NCBI RefSeq assembly: GCF_009914755.1
Contig: NC_060940.1
Reading direction: 5' to 3' (one strand)
Length of the DNA: 64,000 bases
From: the human T2T-CHM13v2.0 reference genome, Homo sapiens
Positions within the stretch are counted from its first letter, which is position 1; every line of letters starts with the position of its first letter. Positions 12,830-24,362 of the stretch are shown here, piece by piece. The notes beneath the pieces are model-generated. The model had not been told where the DNA came from. It saw only the letters and a list, made by a program, of their open reading frames with translations, and did no database searches. The position numbers and the translations under genes are program-made.

Positions 12830-14230
12830 CACACTGTGGATTTGGTTCTTCTGGCTACCTCCAGGGCCACATTATACATTATGATAATTTTGAAACCCAG
12901 CTTCTGACAATTAGTCAAGTAAATACATCCGGTCTCTATATTTGTTTTTGTAGGTTCTCTTGTTCTATTGGAGTAGGTCATGACAGTTTTCTGATAACAC
13001 TTCTATTTTTCATCCTTGGCCTCGGAAGAGTCTACCTCTAAGTTTTTCAATGATGCTGACACTTCAGTCTGTTGCTGATCACATAGGTAAAGTATCTTCT
13101 AGGACTTTAATTCAGGAATCTGATGGGATTCCTTCCTTTATGTAGTATGTACTCTCTAGCATATGTACTTCTCTGAGTCTTTTTTGTCTTTTATTTTCTG
13201 TCACAGCAGTTCTGGCGGTCCTTTTCTGTAAGCTAATAAGACGTATCCTAGGAGGCTGTTAGGACCACCTTCCAGTGCCTTTGCCAGCATGTTCAACCCT
13301 GTATCATGGAAAAGTTTTCCCATCTCGCTAATGATATTTTATCTTAACTGGAATCCTCAGGATCTCATACCCAATCATTTTTTTTAGTCTTGGACAGTAC
13401 ATGTTGGGGCGGGGGGCGGTCCTGAAGAAATAGTGCATTTCTTCCTCAGTTATGTTGAGACTTAAGCTTAGTTAGTTGTCCTGTGGCCTGGGCGGATAGC
13501 AGTGGTAGATCCTAAGGGAATATATGTCACTGTGTGTGGCAGAAGGTGCTTTATAATAAAAAAGCAAAACCAGGAAGTAGGGGCTTCAAGATTTACAGCT
13601 AGAAGACCTCCATAGACCCAGAGGGTTCTGTGAAGTCTGGGGATTTTAAGACCTTTGGGTGCATTGATTGCATGGATTTGTGTATCCCCTTCTCAGCCTC
13701 AGAATGTCAATTCTTCCTTATCAGGGCTCTGACTTTGGCATAGCAAACCTGCTGGGATTGAGAATTCAGCCTTCTCTGCAGCTCTACTAATCCTATCATT
13801 AAGTTTTCTACCTGATTCTCAACTTTCATGAGACTCTGGCTGCAGGAAAGGAGAGTGTCTTTGTATGAAACCAAAGAAGTCCTCTGGAATTTACACTTAA
13901 CCTTTATTTGTTGAATTTTCACCAACAATCTTTCATTGTTCTTCACCAATTAATTGACTACTTCCAGAAATTTTCACCGAATTTATTCATTCTTAAATTA
14001 CTGTTTTCCTTCTACTTCTACAACATCTGAATCATTGCATTTACCACTATATTTCCTTCTACTGGCAATCCATCTGAATGTGACCTGGTGAATGTTTTGA
14101 TGGGTTTGCTGCTCCCACATGACGGTACTCCTTCCACCTTCTAGCAAGGATTGGAGTTTGGAGTGTCAGCCTGCCAGCCAGGGAGCCATCTTCAACATTT
14201 CATTTTAGACACTGCTTCTCAAACCCTATG
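12830..14230 (-). mobile_element. ERV-L internal sequence (ERV3-16A3_I-like): leader plus gag remnant
   Basis: Directly follows an LTR16A-like LTR on the minus strand and contains the gag-like reading frame at 13707-13949. Confidence 0.7.
13707..13949 (-). pseudogene. ERV-L gag N-terminal (coiled-coil) remnant
   Basis: Translation ...QRTSLVSYKDTLLSCSQSLMKVENQVENLMIGLVELQRRLNSQSQQVCYAKVRALIRKN resembles the recalled ERV-L gag segment KETLISCS..AENQTQNLILRVAELQRKLNSQPRRVS.VKVRALIGKEWD; frame breaks straight after. Confidence 0.8.
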
Positions 14231-14234
14231 CAAA

Positions 14235-14655
14235 TGTCAGGTATGAGAAAACAGGTTCTAAGACAAATATTTATATGGAGAAATTTTATTGGTGAATGGC
14301 TTTAGCATCAACATCTGTGGTGAGGTGAAGGAAAGAGGACTGTAGAGGGAAAAGCTGTACTCTTATTGAAATGCTAAAAGAAACACTTCATCTAAACCCG
14401 TAAGGAGCTCAAAAGCTGGGGAAACTTTTCAAAGTATCCGAAATGCAGAGATGCTATTCAAGCCTTTATATTCTTGCATTGAGTAATTATTTCATATGTG
14501 TTGCCTTTGAAGGAAGCATAGACTTGGGGTAAAGTGGCTCTCCTTGACCACTGGAAATTTCTAGAGAGTGATTTAAGCAATGTATTTCAGTCATCAATAA
14601 TCCAGAAGTTTGTGAGACTGAGTGATTTTGCCCTGAGAAAGTGGATCTGGGAAAT
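14235..14655 (-). mobile_element. LTR16A-like LTR (5' LTR of the ERV-L remnant)
   Basis: ttttattggtgaatggctttagcatcaacatctgtggtgaggtgaaggaaagaggactg...gacttggggtaaagtggctctcc...gccctgagaaagtggatctggg. Confidence 0.7.
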
Positions 14656-17600
14656 ATCTTCATTTATATATTCAAGAAATAAGGCAAATTCATTAAAATA
14701 AATGTTTAAGGTAAAGCCAATATCACAAAATATCTCTGCTTTTTTTGTTGCTGTTGAGCTGCAGTTTTTTCTTTCAGATTTTTACCAGCCTGAGTGGAGA
14801 GATGATGCTGATCAATAAAAAGATTAATATTATCCATAATTATAAAAACAAATCAGTGGCCAGCTCTCCTGGACGTTAGGACCCAAGAAAAGTTTTTTTC
14901 TGAGCTCTCATAAGTAGGACACTATGCAATTAATGTACAATATTTTAAATAACATCTTTATGATAAGCAATATGGAGTTTCATGTAAGCATATCTATAAT
15001 ATTTCACAATAAGAATCAGTATCTCAACTCATTCTCAAATTCATTAAAAGTCTTCAATCGGTATAAGCTATAATGAGAGCATGATCCTCAAATGACCTGG
15101 TTTTAGCTATTGATAAATTTTTGAGTACCTCAAACTGTGCATCCATCCAGTATTTCTCTCCAAGTATTGTTCCTCTCATCATAGCCTACTTTTAAATACT
15201 CCGTAAACTAGGATAAACTTCATTGTTTTAAGAACAGAATTTCTGGTGAGTTTCCTTGTCAATCCAAATTAGGTACTCTTTTTCTTTTTCATACAGGCAG
15301 TATTGACTATATTTGTCACCAAGTAAAATGAAAAAGAAAATAAATTTCTATGAGAATATAAACAAGTACGTGCCCATAGACTCATGAATGCAAATACACA
15401 CATAATGAGTTTACCTTAAAATCTCACATGTAACAAGTATTTACAAACTTACTGGGGTCAGGGAGAAGAGTAGACCATGTCAAACATTGGTCTGTGTCAA
15501 TAATGTTTCTGATCCAAGAATTATTTTTCCACAATATATTAAAACTTGCAAAAAGAAACCTTATTTTATTTATAGGAACACAAAGAGATATTTATTTGAG
15601 AATACCAAGTCATACTTCACTAGCTAAAAATAAACATCCATTATATAAACTTTAAATTTAAGTTAAAAATAAAATCAATGTAAATAAAGTATCATGTGTC
15701 CTTTTTTGCTTTTGCACACAGAAAACTTAGCTCTAGTCAGTAGCTCTTAGCTCTTCAAGGTATGTAACCACATCTTCCTTAATTGTTGCAGGAGTGTTTT
15801 GATGTATCTGATTTCTTTGATGCTGGTACCAGATTAGATTTTACATAATTTCAAAAGTAGTTGGGAAAAGTTCCATCAGATAGAGCAAACTGGATTTACC
15901 ATTTGGTCTGAAAAAAACAAAACAGACAAACAAAATAATACTTTTCTTGTATGCTTAATGAATAAACTTTATTGTTAGAACAGTATCAGGTTCACAGCAA
16001 AATTGAATAGAAAATACAAAGAGTTCCCATATACCTCCTGTCCTCCCCTATGCACATTACCTCCTCTACCATCCACATCCTACACCACAGTGGTACACTT
16101 ATTACAATAGATGAACCTACATTGACATTATTATCACCCAAAGTCCATAGCTTACATTTAAAGTTCACCCTTGGAGTTGTATATTCTATGGGTTTGGACA
16201 ACTTTATTATTTCATACATCTACCATTATAGTATCCTAAATAATATTTTCCCTGACCTAATGGTTAGGGAATTTCCTGTCTTCTACGTATTCATCCCTCC
16301 CTCCCTCCTAACCCCTTGCCAACCACTGATCTTTCTACTACTTCATAGTTTTGCCTTCTCCAGAATGTTACATATTGGAATCATACAGTATATAGCCTTT
16401 TCATATTGCTTTTTTCAAGTAGTAGCAGGCATTTAAGTTTCCTCCATGTCTTTTCATGTTTTGCTAGCCCTATTTTTCTTTCCCCTCCCCTTTATTAAGG
16501 GTTTAATACTATTCTATTGTCTGTATGTGCCAAGTTTATTTATCCATTTACCTACTGAAGGTTATGTTGGTTGCTTTCAAGTTTGGGCCATCACGAATAA
16601 AGCTGCTACAAACATCCATGTATAAGTTTTATGTGAACGTAAGTTTTGAATTCATTTGTAAGAACACCAAGGAACATAATTTGGGGTTTTCCAGCTACCT
16701 TTCTACTGCTGATGTCTAGCTTAATTCCATTGTGGTCTGAGAGCAGACACCATGTGATTTCTATTATTTTAAACATTTAATAAGATGTGTTTTATGGCCC
16801 AGAAAGTGGTGTATTTTAGTGACTAGTTCATGTAAACTTAAGAAGAATGTTATTCTGCTGTTGTTGGATGAAGTAGTCTATAGATGTCAATAATATCCCA
16901 TTGATTAATAGCACTGTTGAGTTCAACTGTGTCCTTACTGATTTACTGCCTAGAGGATCTGTCCACCTCTGATAGAGAGGTATTAAAGTCCTCAATTATA
17001 ATAGTAGATTTATCTATTTCTCTTTGAAGTTTTATACATGTTTGCCTTACAGATTTTGATCTTTTATTATTAGGCACACACATTTTTTTATGTCTTCTTG
17101 AAATATTAACCCCTTTATTATTATATGATGCTCATCTTTATTCCTGATAACTTTTCTTGCTCTGAAGTTTGCTATGTATAAAATTAATATAGCTACTTCC
17201 ATTTTCTTTTGATCAGTGTCACCATAGTATTTCTTTCTCCCTCTATTTAATTTAAGCTACATGTCTTTATATTGAAAGTGGCTATTTTGTAGACAATATA
17301 GATTTGAGTTTTGTTTTGCCTTATTCTAACAATCTCTTTTTTAATTGGAATATCTAAACCATTAAATTTTTAAAGTGATTATTGATATAGTTGGATTATG
17401 TTACTGTTTTCTATTTGTTGATCTTGTTTTTGTTTTTGTCTTTTGTGGTTTTAATTGGGCACTCTATATCCTTTTATTTTCCCTCCTTTCTTGGCATACC
17501 AACTATACTTTTTTGTTTTTTTTAGTTTTTGCACTACAGCTTGCATATTTTTAACTAATCTAAGTCCACTTCCAAGTAATACTACAGTAGTCCCCCCTCA

Positions 17601-17918
17601 TTAGCAGGGGATATGTTTCAATACCCATAGGTATTGCCTGAAATCACAGATAGTACCAAACCCTATATCAACTATGTGCAGCAGTCGATCCAGTAACTGA
17701 GACAGAGTCTAAGGGAAAATAAGTGGCTGGTTAGGTGCCTGACAGCATGGATGTGCTAGATGTAGGGATAGTTCACATCCAGAGCAGCAAAGAGTAGTAT
17801 GGTGGAAGATTTCATCATACTACTCAGAATAGAACGCAATTAAAAACTGATGAACTGTTTACTTTTGGAATTCTCCTTTTAATATTTCCAGGTGGTGAAT
17901 GACAGCAGGTAACTAATA

Positions 17919-19481
17919 TGGTGTCCGAAATTGGTGGGTTCGTGGTCTCACTGACTTCAAGGATGAAGCCACGGACCCTCGCGGTGAGCGTTACAGTTCT
18001 TAAAAATGGTGTGTCCAGAGTTTGTTCCTTCTGATGTTCGGACGTGTTCAGAGTTTCTTCCTTCTGGTGGGTTCGTGGTCTCGCTGTCTTCAGGAGTGAA
18101 GCTGCAGACCTTCGCGGTAAGTGTTATAGCACTTAAGGCGGCTCCTCTGGAGTGGTTCGTTCCTCCAGTCTGGAGTTCTTCATTCTTCTCAGTGGGTTCG
18201 TGGTCTCGCTGGCCTCTGGAGTGAAGCTGCAGACCTTCGAGGTGAGTGTCACAGCTCATAAAGGCAATGTGGACCCGAAGAGTTAGCAGCAGCAAGAAGA
18301 GTTAGCAGCAGCAAGATTTATTGCAAAGAGCTAAAGAACAAAGTTTCCACAGTGTGGAAAGGGACCCGAGGTGGTGTCCACCGTTGGCTGGGGCAGCCGG
18401 CCTTTACTCCCTATTCCCACCCACATCCTGCTGATTGGCCCATTTTACAGAGAGCTGATTGGTCTGTTTTGACACGGTCCTGATTGGTGCATGTACAATT
18501 CCTGAGCTAGACACAGAGTGCTGATTGGTGTATTTACAATCCTTTAGCTAGAGGTAAAAGTTCTCCAAGTCCCCACAAGATTAGCAAGACACAGAGCACT
18601 GATTGGTGAATTTACAAACCTCGTGCTAGACACAGAATGCTGATTGGTGTGTTTACAAACCTTGAGCTAGACACAGCGCACCGATTGGTGCATTTACAAT
18701 CGTTTAGCTAGACATTAAAGTTCTCCAAGTCCCCACCAGATTAGCTAGATACAGAGTGCTGATTGGTGCGTATACAATCCTCCAGCTAGACACAAAAGTT
18801 CTCCAAGTTCCCAACCGCCTCAGGAGCCCAGCTGGCTTTGCCTAGTGGATCCCATGCTGGGGCTGCGGGTGGAGCTGCCCCTCCAGCACAGCGCCCGGCA
18901 CTCCTCAGCCCTTGGGCGGTCGATGGGACCCGGCGCCACGGAGCAGGGGAGGGCGCCCGTTGGGGAGGCTCAGGCGTGCGGGAGCCGGTGGGGGAGGGGC
19001 GGGGAAGGGGGAAGGGGAGCGCAGGGGTGGTGGCTTGAGCATGGCGGGCTGCAGGTCTGGAGCCCTGCCCCATAGGTAGGCGGCGGAGGCCCCGCGAGAA
19101 TTCCAGCGTATTGTGGGCGGGCCCACACTGCGGGAGAGACCCAGCGCACTCTCCGCAGCTGCTGGCCCGAGTGCTGAGCCCCTCACTGCTGGGGCCGGCG
19201 GCGCTGCCGGCCACTCGGAGTGCGGGGCCTGCTGAGCCCGCGCCCACCCAGAACTCGCTGGCCTGCGAGTGCAGCGCGCAGCCCCTGTTCCCGCCCGCGC
19301 GTCTCCCTCCACATCTCCGGGCAAGCAAAGGGAGCCGGCTCCAGCCTCGGCCAGCCCAGAGAGTGCCTCCCACAGTGCAGCGGCGGGCTGAAGGGCTGGC
19401 TTCTCAAGCGTGGCCAGAGTGGACGCCGAGGCTGAGGAGGCGCCCAGAGTGAGCAAGGGCTGATAGCACGTTGTCACCTCA
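17919..19481 (-). mobile_element. Solo LTR12 (ERV9) LTR, LTR12C/D/E-type, full length
   Basis: Minus strand starts tgaggtgacaacgtgctatcagcccttgctcactctgggcgcctcc and ends aacccaccaatttcggacacca; U5 repeats (gaagctgcagaccttcg), ctgattggtg/agctagacac enhancer repeats, GC/CpG-rich U3; 4-bp TSD AATA (17915-17918 / 19481-19484, one base shared with the LTR end). Confidence 0.95.
18425..18790 (-). promoter_or_regulatory. LTR12 U3 enhancer/promoter repeat array with 8 CCAAT (NF-Y type) boxes
   Basis: (c/t)gattgg at ~18432, 18456, 18481, 18522, 18600, 18641, 18682 and 18760; LTR poly(A) signal AATAAA on the minus strand at 18317-18322. Confidence 0.75.
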
Positions 19482-22400
19482 ATACCACAGAAATTGAAAA
19501 CAGAGATAAAAGGAGACTACTGTATATCAGTTCAAGGTCAGTGTAATTACAATAACAAAATATTCTTATTTCCTTTCTCTAATCCCTTACATAATTGATT
19601 CATTGGTATCACTGATTTTATTTTTACATAAGAAAATATATGCATAAGCTTATATACACATACATAATTGAACACATTGTTTCTACTATAATTTGAATAT
19701 GATCTAGTAGATAAACAAGAAAAAATATGTAAGATTTTATTTTACCTTCAGGCGTTCATTCTCCAATGCCCTTCCTTTCTTTATATAGATCTTATTTTCT
19801 GACCTATGTCATTTTTCTTCTCTCTGAAAAATTCCTTTCAACATTTCTAGCAAGGCACATTTACCAGCAACAGATTCCCTCATATTTTTGTTTTTATGAG
19901 AAAGTCTTCATTTCTCCTTTACTTGTGATGGATAGTTTTGCAGACAAAATTTTAGTCTTGTGGGTTTTATTTTTATTATTGTTGTTCTTCTTTTTCTCTA
20001 TGCTTTAATTAATTCTCTCTAATCTCATTTTGTTTGCATGGTTTGGGAGGATAGGTAAGATGTAATTTTTATCTTTGTCCCTCTTCAGATAAGATTTTTT
20101 TTTCCCTCCTCTGGCTTCTTTCAAAATTTTGTTTTGTTTTTCATTAATATGATATGACTACTTGTAGGTTGTTTGTTTTGCATTTATCTCATTTGGTGTT
20201 CTCTGAGATTTCTGAATGTGTGGTAGTTGACATTAATTTGGGGAAATTCATATTTACTTCAAATATTGCTTCCATTTATCTCTTCCTGTCTTCCTCTTCT
20301 GGTATTCCAATTATGTGTTAGGGTTTTCACAGCTACACTTTTTGTAGTTGGCCCACAGTTCTTGGATATACTGTTCTGCATTTTCCAGTCTTTTTTTTTT
20401 ATCTTTGTTTTTCAATTTTGGATATTTCTATTGTCATATTCTCAATCTCAGAGATTTTTTTCATCAGCCATACGCTGTCTTCTAATTAGCTCATCAAAGG
20501 CATTCTTTGTTTCTATTACAATATTTTTGGTCCCTAGCATCTCTTTTATTTCATCTCCCTGCATACATTTTCCACCTGTTTTTTCATGTTGTCTACTTTT
20601 TCCATTCGAGCATTTAGCATTTTAATTACAGTTTTAAATTTCTGGCCTAATAATTCCAACATCATGGCCATTTCTTATTCTGGCTTTGATTCTTCTTCAG
20701 TTTTTTCAAACTGTGTTTTTTTGCCTTTTATTAAGCCTTGTAATTTTTTCTTAAAATCTGAACATAATAGACTACATGAAAGAAATTTGAAAATAACCCT
20801 TTAATAATGTGGCATAAGGTATGGAAAGAGAAAAAGTGTTCTATATCCCTATAATTAGGTCTGAACTTTTCAATGAGCCAGTGTCCCTGGATTGTGAATG
20901 TTAATAGTGCTCCTCAGTCACCACCTCCCTTTAGATGGCACAGAATGGCTAAAAGGGGCTGGAGTTGGGTATTATATTTACAACACATGGAGGGCTAGAG
21001 CCTGCTGTAGCTGGCTATTTCCCTTCACTCAGGTAGGTTAGGCTCTGATAAAACCCTAGCAGGTTGGACTCTGGAAAATAATTTCTCCTGAGGCCAGAGC
21101 TTGTTAAAAAGAACAGAATGCTCAGAAATATTTCAACATGATTAATTTCCCTTTCTCCTGTTGAAAACATGACTTTTTTTTTCATATTAATTGTGAGGAC
21201 CTAGTAGAGCTCCCGCAGGTAAAAACTTAAGAAAGTGTGGGACCTCTCTGTGACTAGGGCTCCTTGGAGGTTTAACTCACATTTGTCGACATCGATCCCC
21301 TAGAAATTTGTTCATTACAGTTAGACATTCCCAGCTGTTTCCCATGGAACTTTCTGCTCATGGATTTCTGCTTCAGTAAGTTATGATTGTCTGTATCGGC
21401 ACATACCTCTATCTAACAGTGGTTTGTCTTATGACCTTACTTCTCTAATGGATGTAAGGAAAGTTGCTACTTTTAAAAAAATTGTTAAGCATTTTCCTTG
21501 TTGGTAGGTTGGAGTGGTGACTTCTAAGTGCCTTTCCAGACCAGAAACTGGAAGCGCAATTATTAGAACAAACATTTCAATAAACTGGATACCAGGCAAT
21601 AAAGGACTGTAATCCCTGAGAGACAAGAAACAATCAAATTGTGCTCTATGATTGCCCCAGCTTGCTGTTTTAAGAGAGTTTACAGGCACTAGCAAAGAGG
21701 AGAAACCCATGCAGATCTCAGTGGACTCCCTGAGGTGAGAGGACACAGCTGAGAATTCAGAGTGATCAGAGTAGCTAGAGTTTTCAGGACTAGTAGGTAG
21801 GAGAGAGCTGTGCACACATATACAGAGAGAGAACTCTTTAAGAACTGCAGAGGAGTGTTAGGAAGTATTCAGCTGAGTTCAAGGGAATGCATATGAGGCA
21901 ACTACCTAAGGCTAAGAAAGAATCACCACCTGAAAGGATTAGAGGCAAAAATGCCAGGTACTCCAACAGGACCAAGATTAGTTCCTGTTTCCACCAGCTA
22001 AATTCGACAAACTCATGATTCGTATGTCACTAGATAGAGTATGAAAAGGATCTTGCCTAATTAGTGTGAAATAATTCATCCTAGACTGAATGCTGTATTG
22101 GTTCTGGCTAACATATCTTAAAAGCAGACACACAGATATCAAGCTGTTTCCAAGTGACTTAACTGAATCCCCGAAGCTTAGAATATTTATTGTAATAAAA
22201 AATATTCAGCACTCAACAAGGCAAAACGTATAGTGCCTGGCATCCTTTCAAAAATTATCAGGCTTGAAAGAAGTAGTAAAATATGACTAATTATGAGGGG
22301 AAAATGTCAAGTAATCAAAATCAACCAGAGCTCTCAAAATGTTAGAATTAACAGACCAAAACATTAAAATAGTTATTCCAACTGCATCCCATAAGCTCAA

Positions 22401-24293
22401 AAAGTTAAGTAGAGATATGGGATATATAGATAGATAATAGCCACCTAGCTAGATATATAGCTACATAGCAAGCTACACAGATATAGATATGCCAACTTAA
22501 AGTTCTAGATAAGAGACCCACAATGTCTGTGAGGAAATACTCATTGGGTGGGAAGAAATGATGATTAGACATTGCAAAAGAAAAGCTTAGTGCATTTGAA
22601 AACATATTAATGAAAAGAATATTAAATTAAAACACAAAGTAAAATAAAATTTTAAAAGTGGAAGACAGAAAAATGTTTGAAGAAAGAATGGTAATTTTTA
22701 AAATTTGAAACTATAAAGTCATAGATCATGGAAGCTTAAAGAACATGAGGCATAATAAACATGAAAAAATTATATAGGACTGTCATAATCAAAATGTTCA
22801 AAAGCAATAAAGAAGAGAAAAGCTTAATGTGAGCCAGAGAAAAAAAAGATGTTATATGCAAAAGAGCAAAGATGAGGAAAACAGATTTCTTTTTAGAAAC
22901 AAAGACAAGTGAAAAGATAGTGTAACATCTTTAAAGTACTGAAGTCTTTGCTTTTAAAATCAGGAACAAGACAAGGATGTCTGCTCTCATCACTTCTATT
23001 CAATTTGTACTAGATGTTCTAACTTGAACAATGAGGTACAAAAAAGAAGTAAAAAAGATATCTAAATGGGAAAGAGTGAATAAACTGTCTCAATTTTCAG
23101 ACCTCATGATTATGTATGCAGAGAATTCAGTTAGATCTACCAAAAAGCTACTACAGCAAATGAGTGAGTACAGCAAAGTTTCAAGATACAAGATGCATAA
23201 GTGAAATCAATTGCATTTCTACCTATTAATAATGAATATTGCAAATTAAATTTATAAATACCATTCAAAAAGGCATACAAATATATCATATAAGGTTGAT
23301 TTTGACAAAAGATTTGAAAGTTCTTTATATATGTACACCAAAAATCTATGCAATATTGCTGAGAGAAATTAAAGACCTAAAATTACATATAAATATATAT
23401 CATATGCATATACACACACACATACATGCACAGTATACATTTATATAGTATTCTTAAGCTGGAAGACTTAATAGTGTCGAGATATACTTCTAAAATTAAT
23501 CTACAAATTAAATAAAATTCTAATCAAAATCCAAACAGTCATTTTTTTGTAGACATCAATAAACTGATTATAAAATTAATATGGAAATTTGATGGACCTA
23601 GAATAGCCAAAACATTTTTGAAAAAAAAATCAAAGTTGTAGAGTTAATACTACCTGATTTCACATGTCGTTATAAGGCAACAATACTAAGAAAATGTGGT
23701 ATTGTAGCAAATATAGATAAAAGATCAATGGAACGCAATGGAGACCCTCAAATAATATTATGCATACATATGAAGAACTAATTTTTTTGATATAAGTGTA
23801 AAGGCAATTCAGTAGAGAAAGGATTGCTTTTGTAACAATTTGTCCTGTAAAATGGGGAATTATATATATAGACATTCCAAAAGAAAAGACTAGTGCACTT
23901 GAAGACATATTAATAAAGGCAATTTGAAATTAAAACACAAAGTAAAAGGAAATTTAAAAAGTAGAAGAGACAGAAAGATATTTGAAGAAATAATTTTTTT
24001 ATTTGAAGCAAAATATAAAGCTGTAGATTATTGAGGCTTAAAGAATATGAAGCACAATAAACATGAAAAAAATTATATAGGATTGTCATAATCAAAATAT
24101 TCAAAAGTAGCAAGATATATAGGTGACTTTATTAAATTCTTTGGATTCTGTACAATTAACTCAAAATGGATTGTAGACTTAAACATAAAACCTAAAACAA
24201 CTATAAAATTTCTGTTAGAAAGTATAGGTGAAAAATCATGACCTTGAGGTAGACAATGATTTCTTAGACATAAAACTACAAAAATAGTCCATG

Positions 24294-24362
24294 CACATGT
24301 ATACCTATGTAACAAACCTGCATGTTCTGAGCATGTATCCCAGAACTTAAAGTAAAAAAAAC
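24294..24362 (+). mobile_element. Ultra-short 5'-truncated L1PA (about L1PA6-8) insertion
   Basis: cacatgtatacctatgtaacaaacctgcatgttctgagcatgtatcccagaacttaaagt + A tail; 12-bp TSD aaatagtccatg at 24282-24293 and 24363-24374. Confidence 0.9.

Larger units (their letters stand above)
17585..19522 (-). mobile_element. MER44A DNA transposon, complete but split by LTR12 (pieces 17585-17918 and 19481-19522)
   Basis: TA-cagtagtcccccc...gagactactg-TA terminal inverted repeats with TA duplication; internal gatttcatcatactactcagaatagaacgcaattaaaaactgatgaactgttt. Confidence 0.85.
15960..21555 (-). mobile_element. L1MC/L1MD-type LINE-1 with both 3' and 5' ends, internally deleted, interrupted by MER44A and LTR12
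   Basis: 3' end at 15960 (ggttcacagcaaaattgaatagaaaatacaaagagttcccatatacc); jump to endonuclease-region sequence at ~16680; ORF1/5'UTR-like sequence 19.7-21.5 kb; minus-strand start cttccagtttctggtctggaaaggcacttagaagtcaccactcc is typical of old L1 5' termini. Confidence 0.75.

Noticed and set aside
14760-15250. Possible + strand exon: ttttttctttcag acceptor at ~14778, AATAAA at ~14814, ctg/gtgagt donor at ~15245
   Set aside because: No open frame or partner exons; such signals are common in AT-rich DNA and cannot be supported without transcript data.
18786-19477. Several overlapping 110-195 aa ORFs on both strands
   Set aside because: They lie in the GC-rich LTR12 U3, where stop codons are rare; Ala/Gly/Pro/Arg-rich with no domain.
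20227-20804. Phe/Leu-rich membrane-protein-like ORFs (also 31670-32071, 16050-16436)
   Set aside because: Antisense translations of A-rich L1 sequence.
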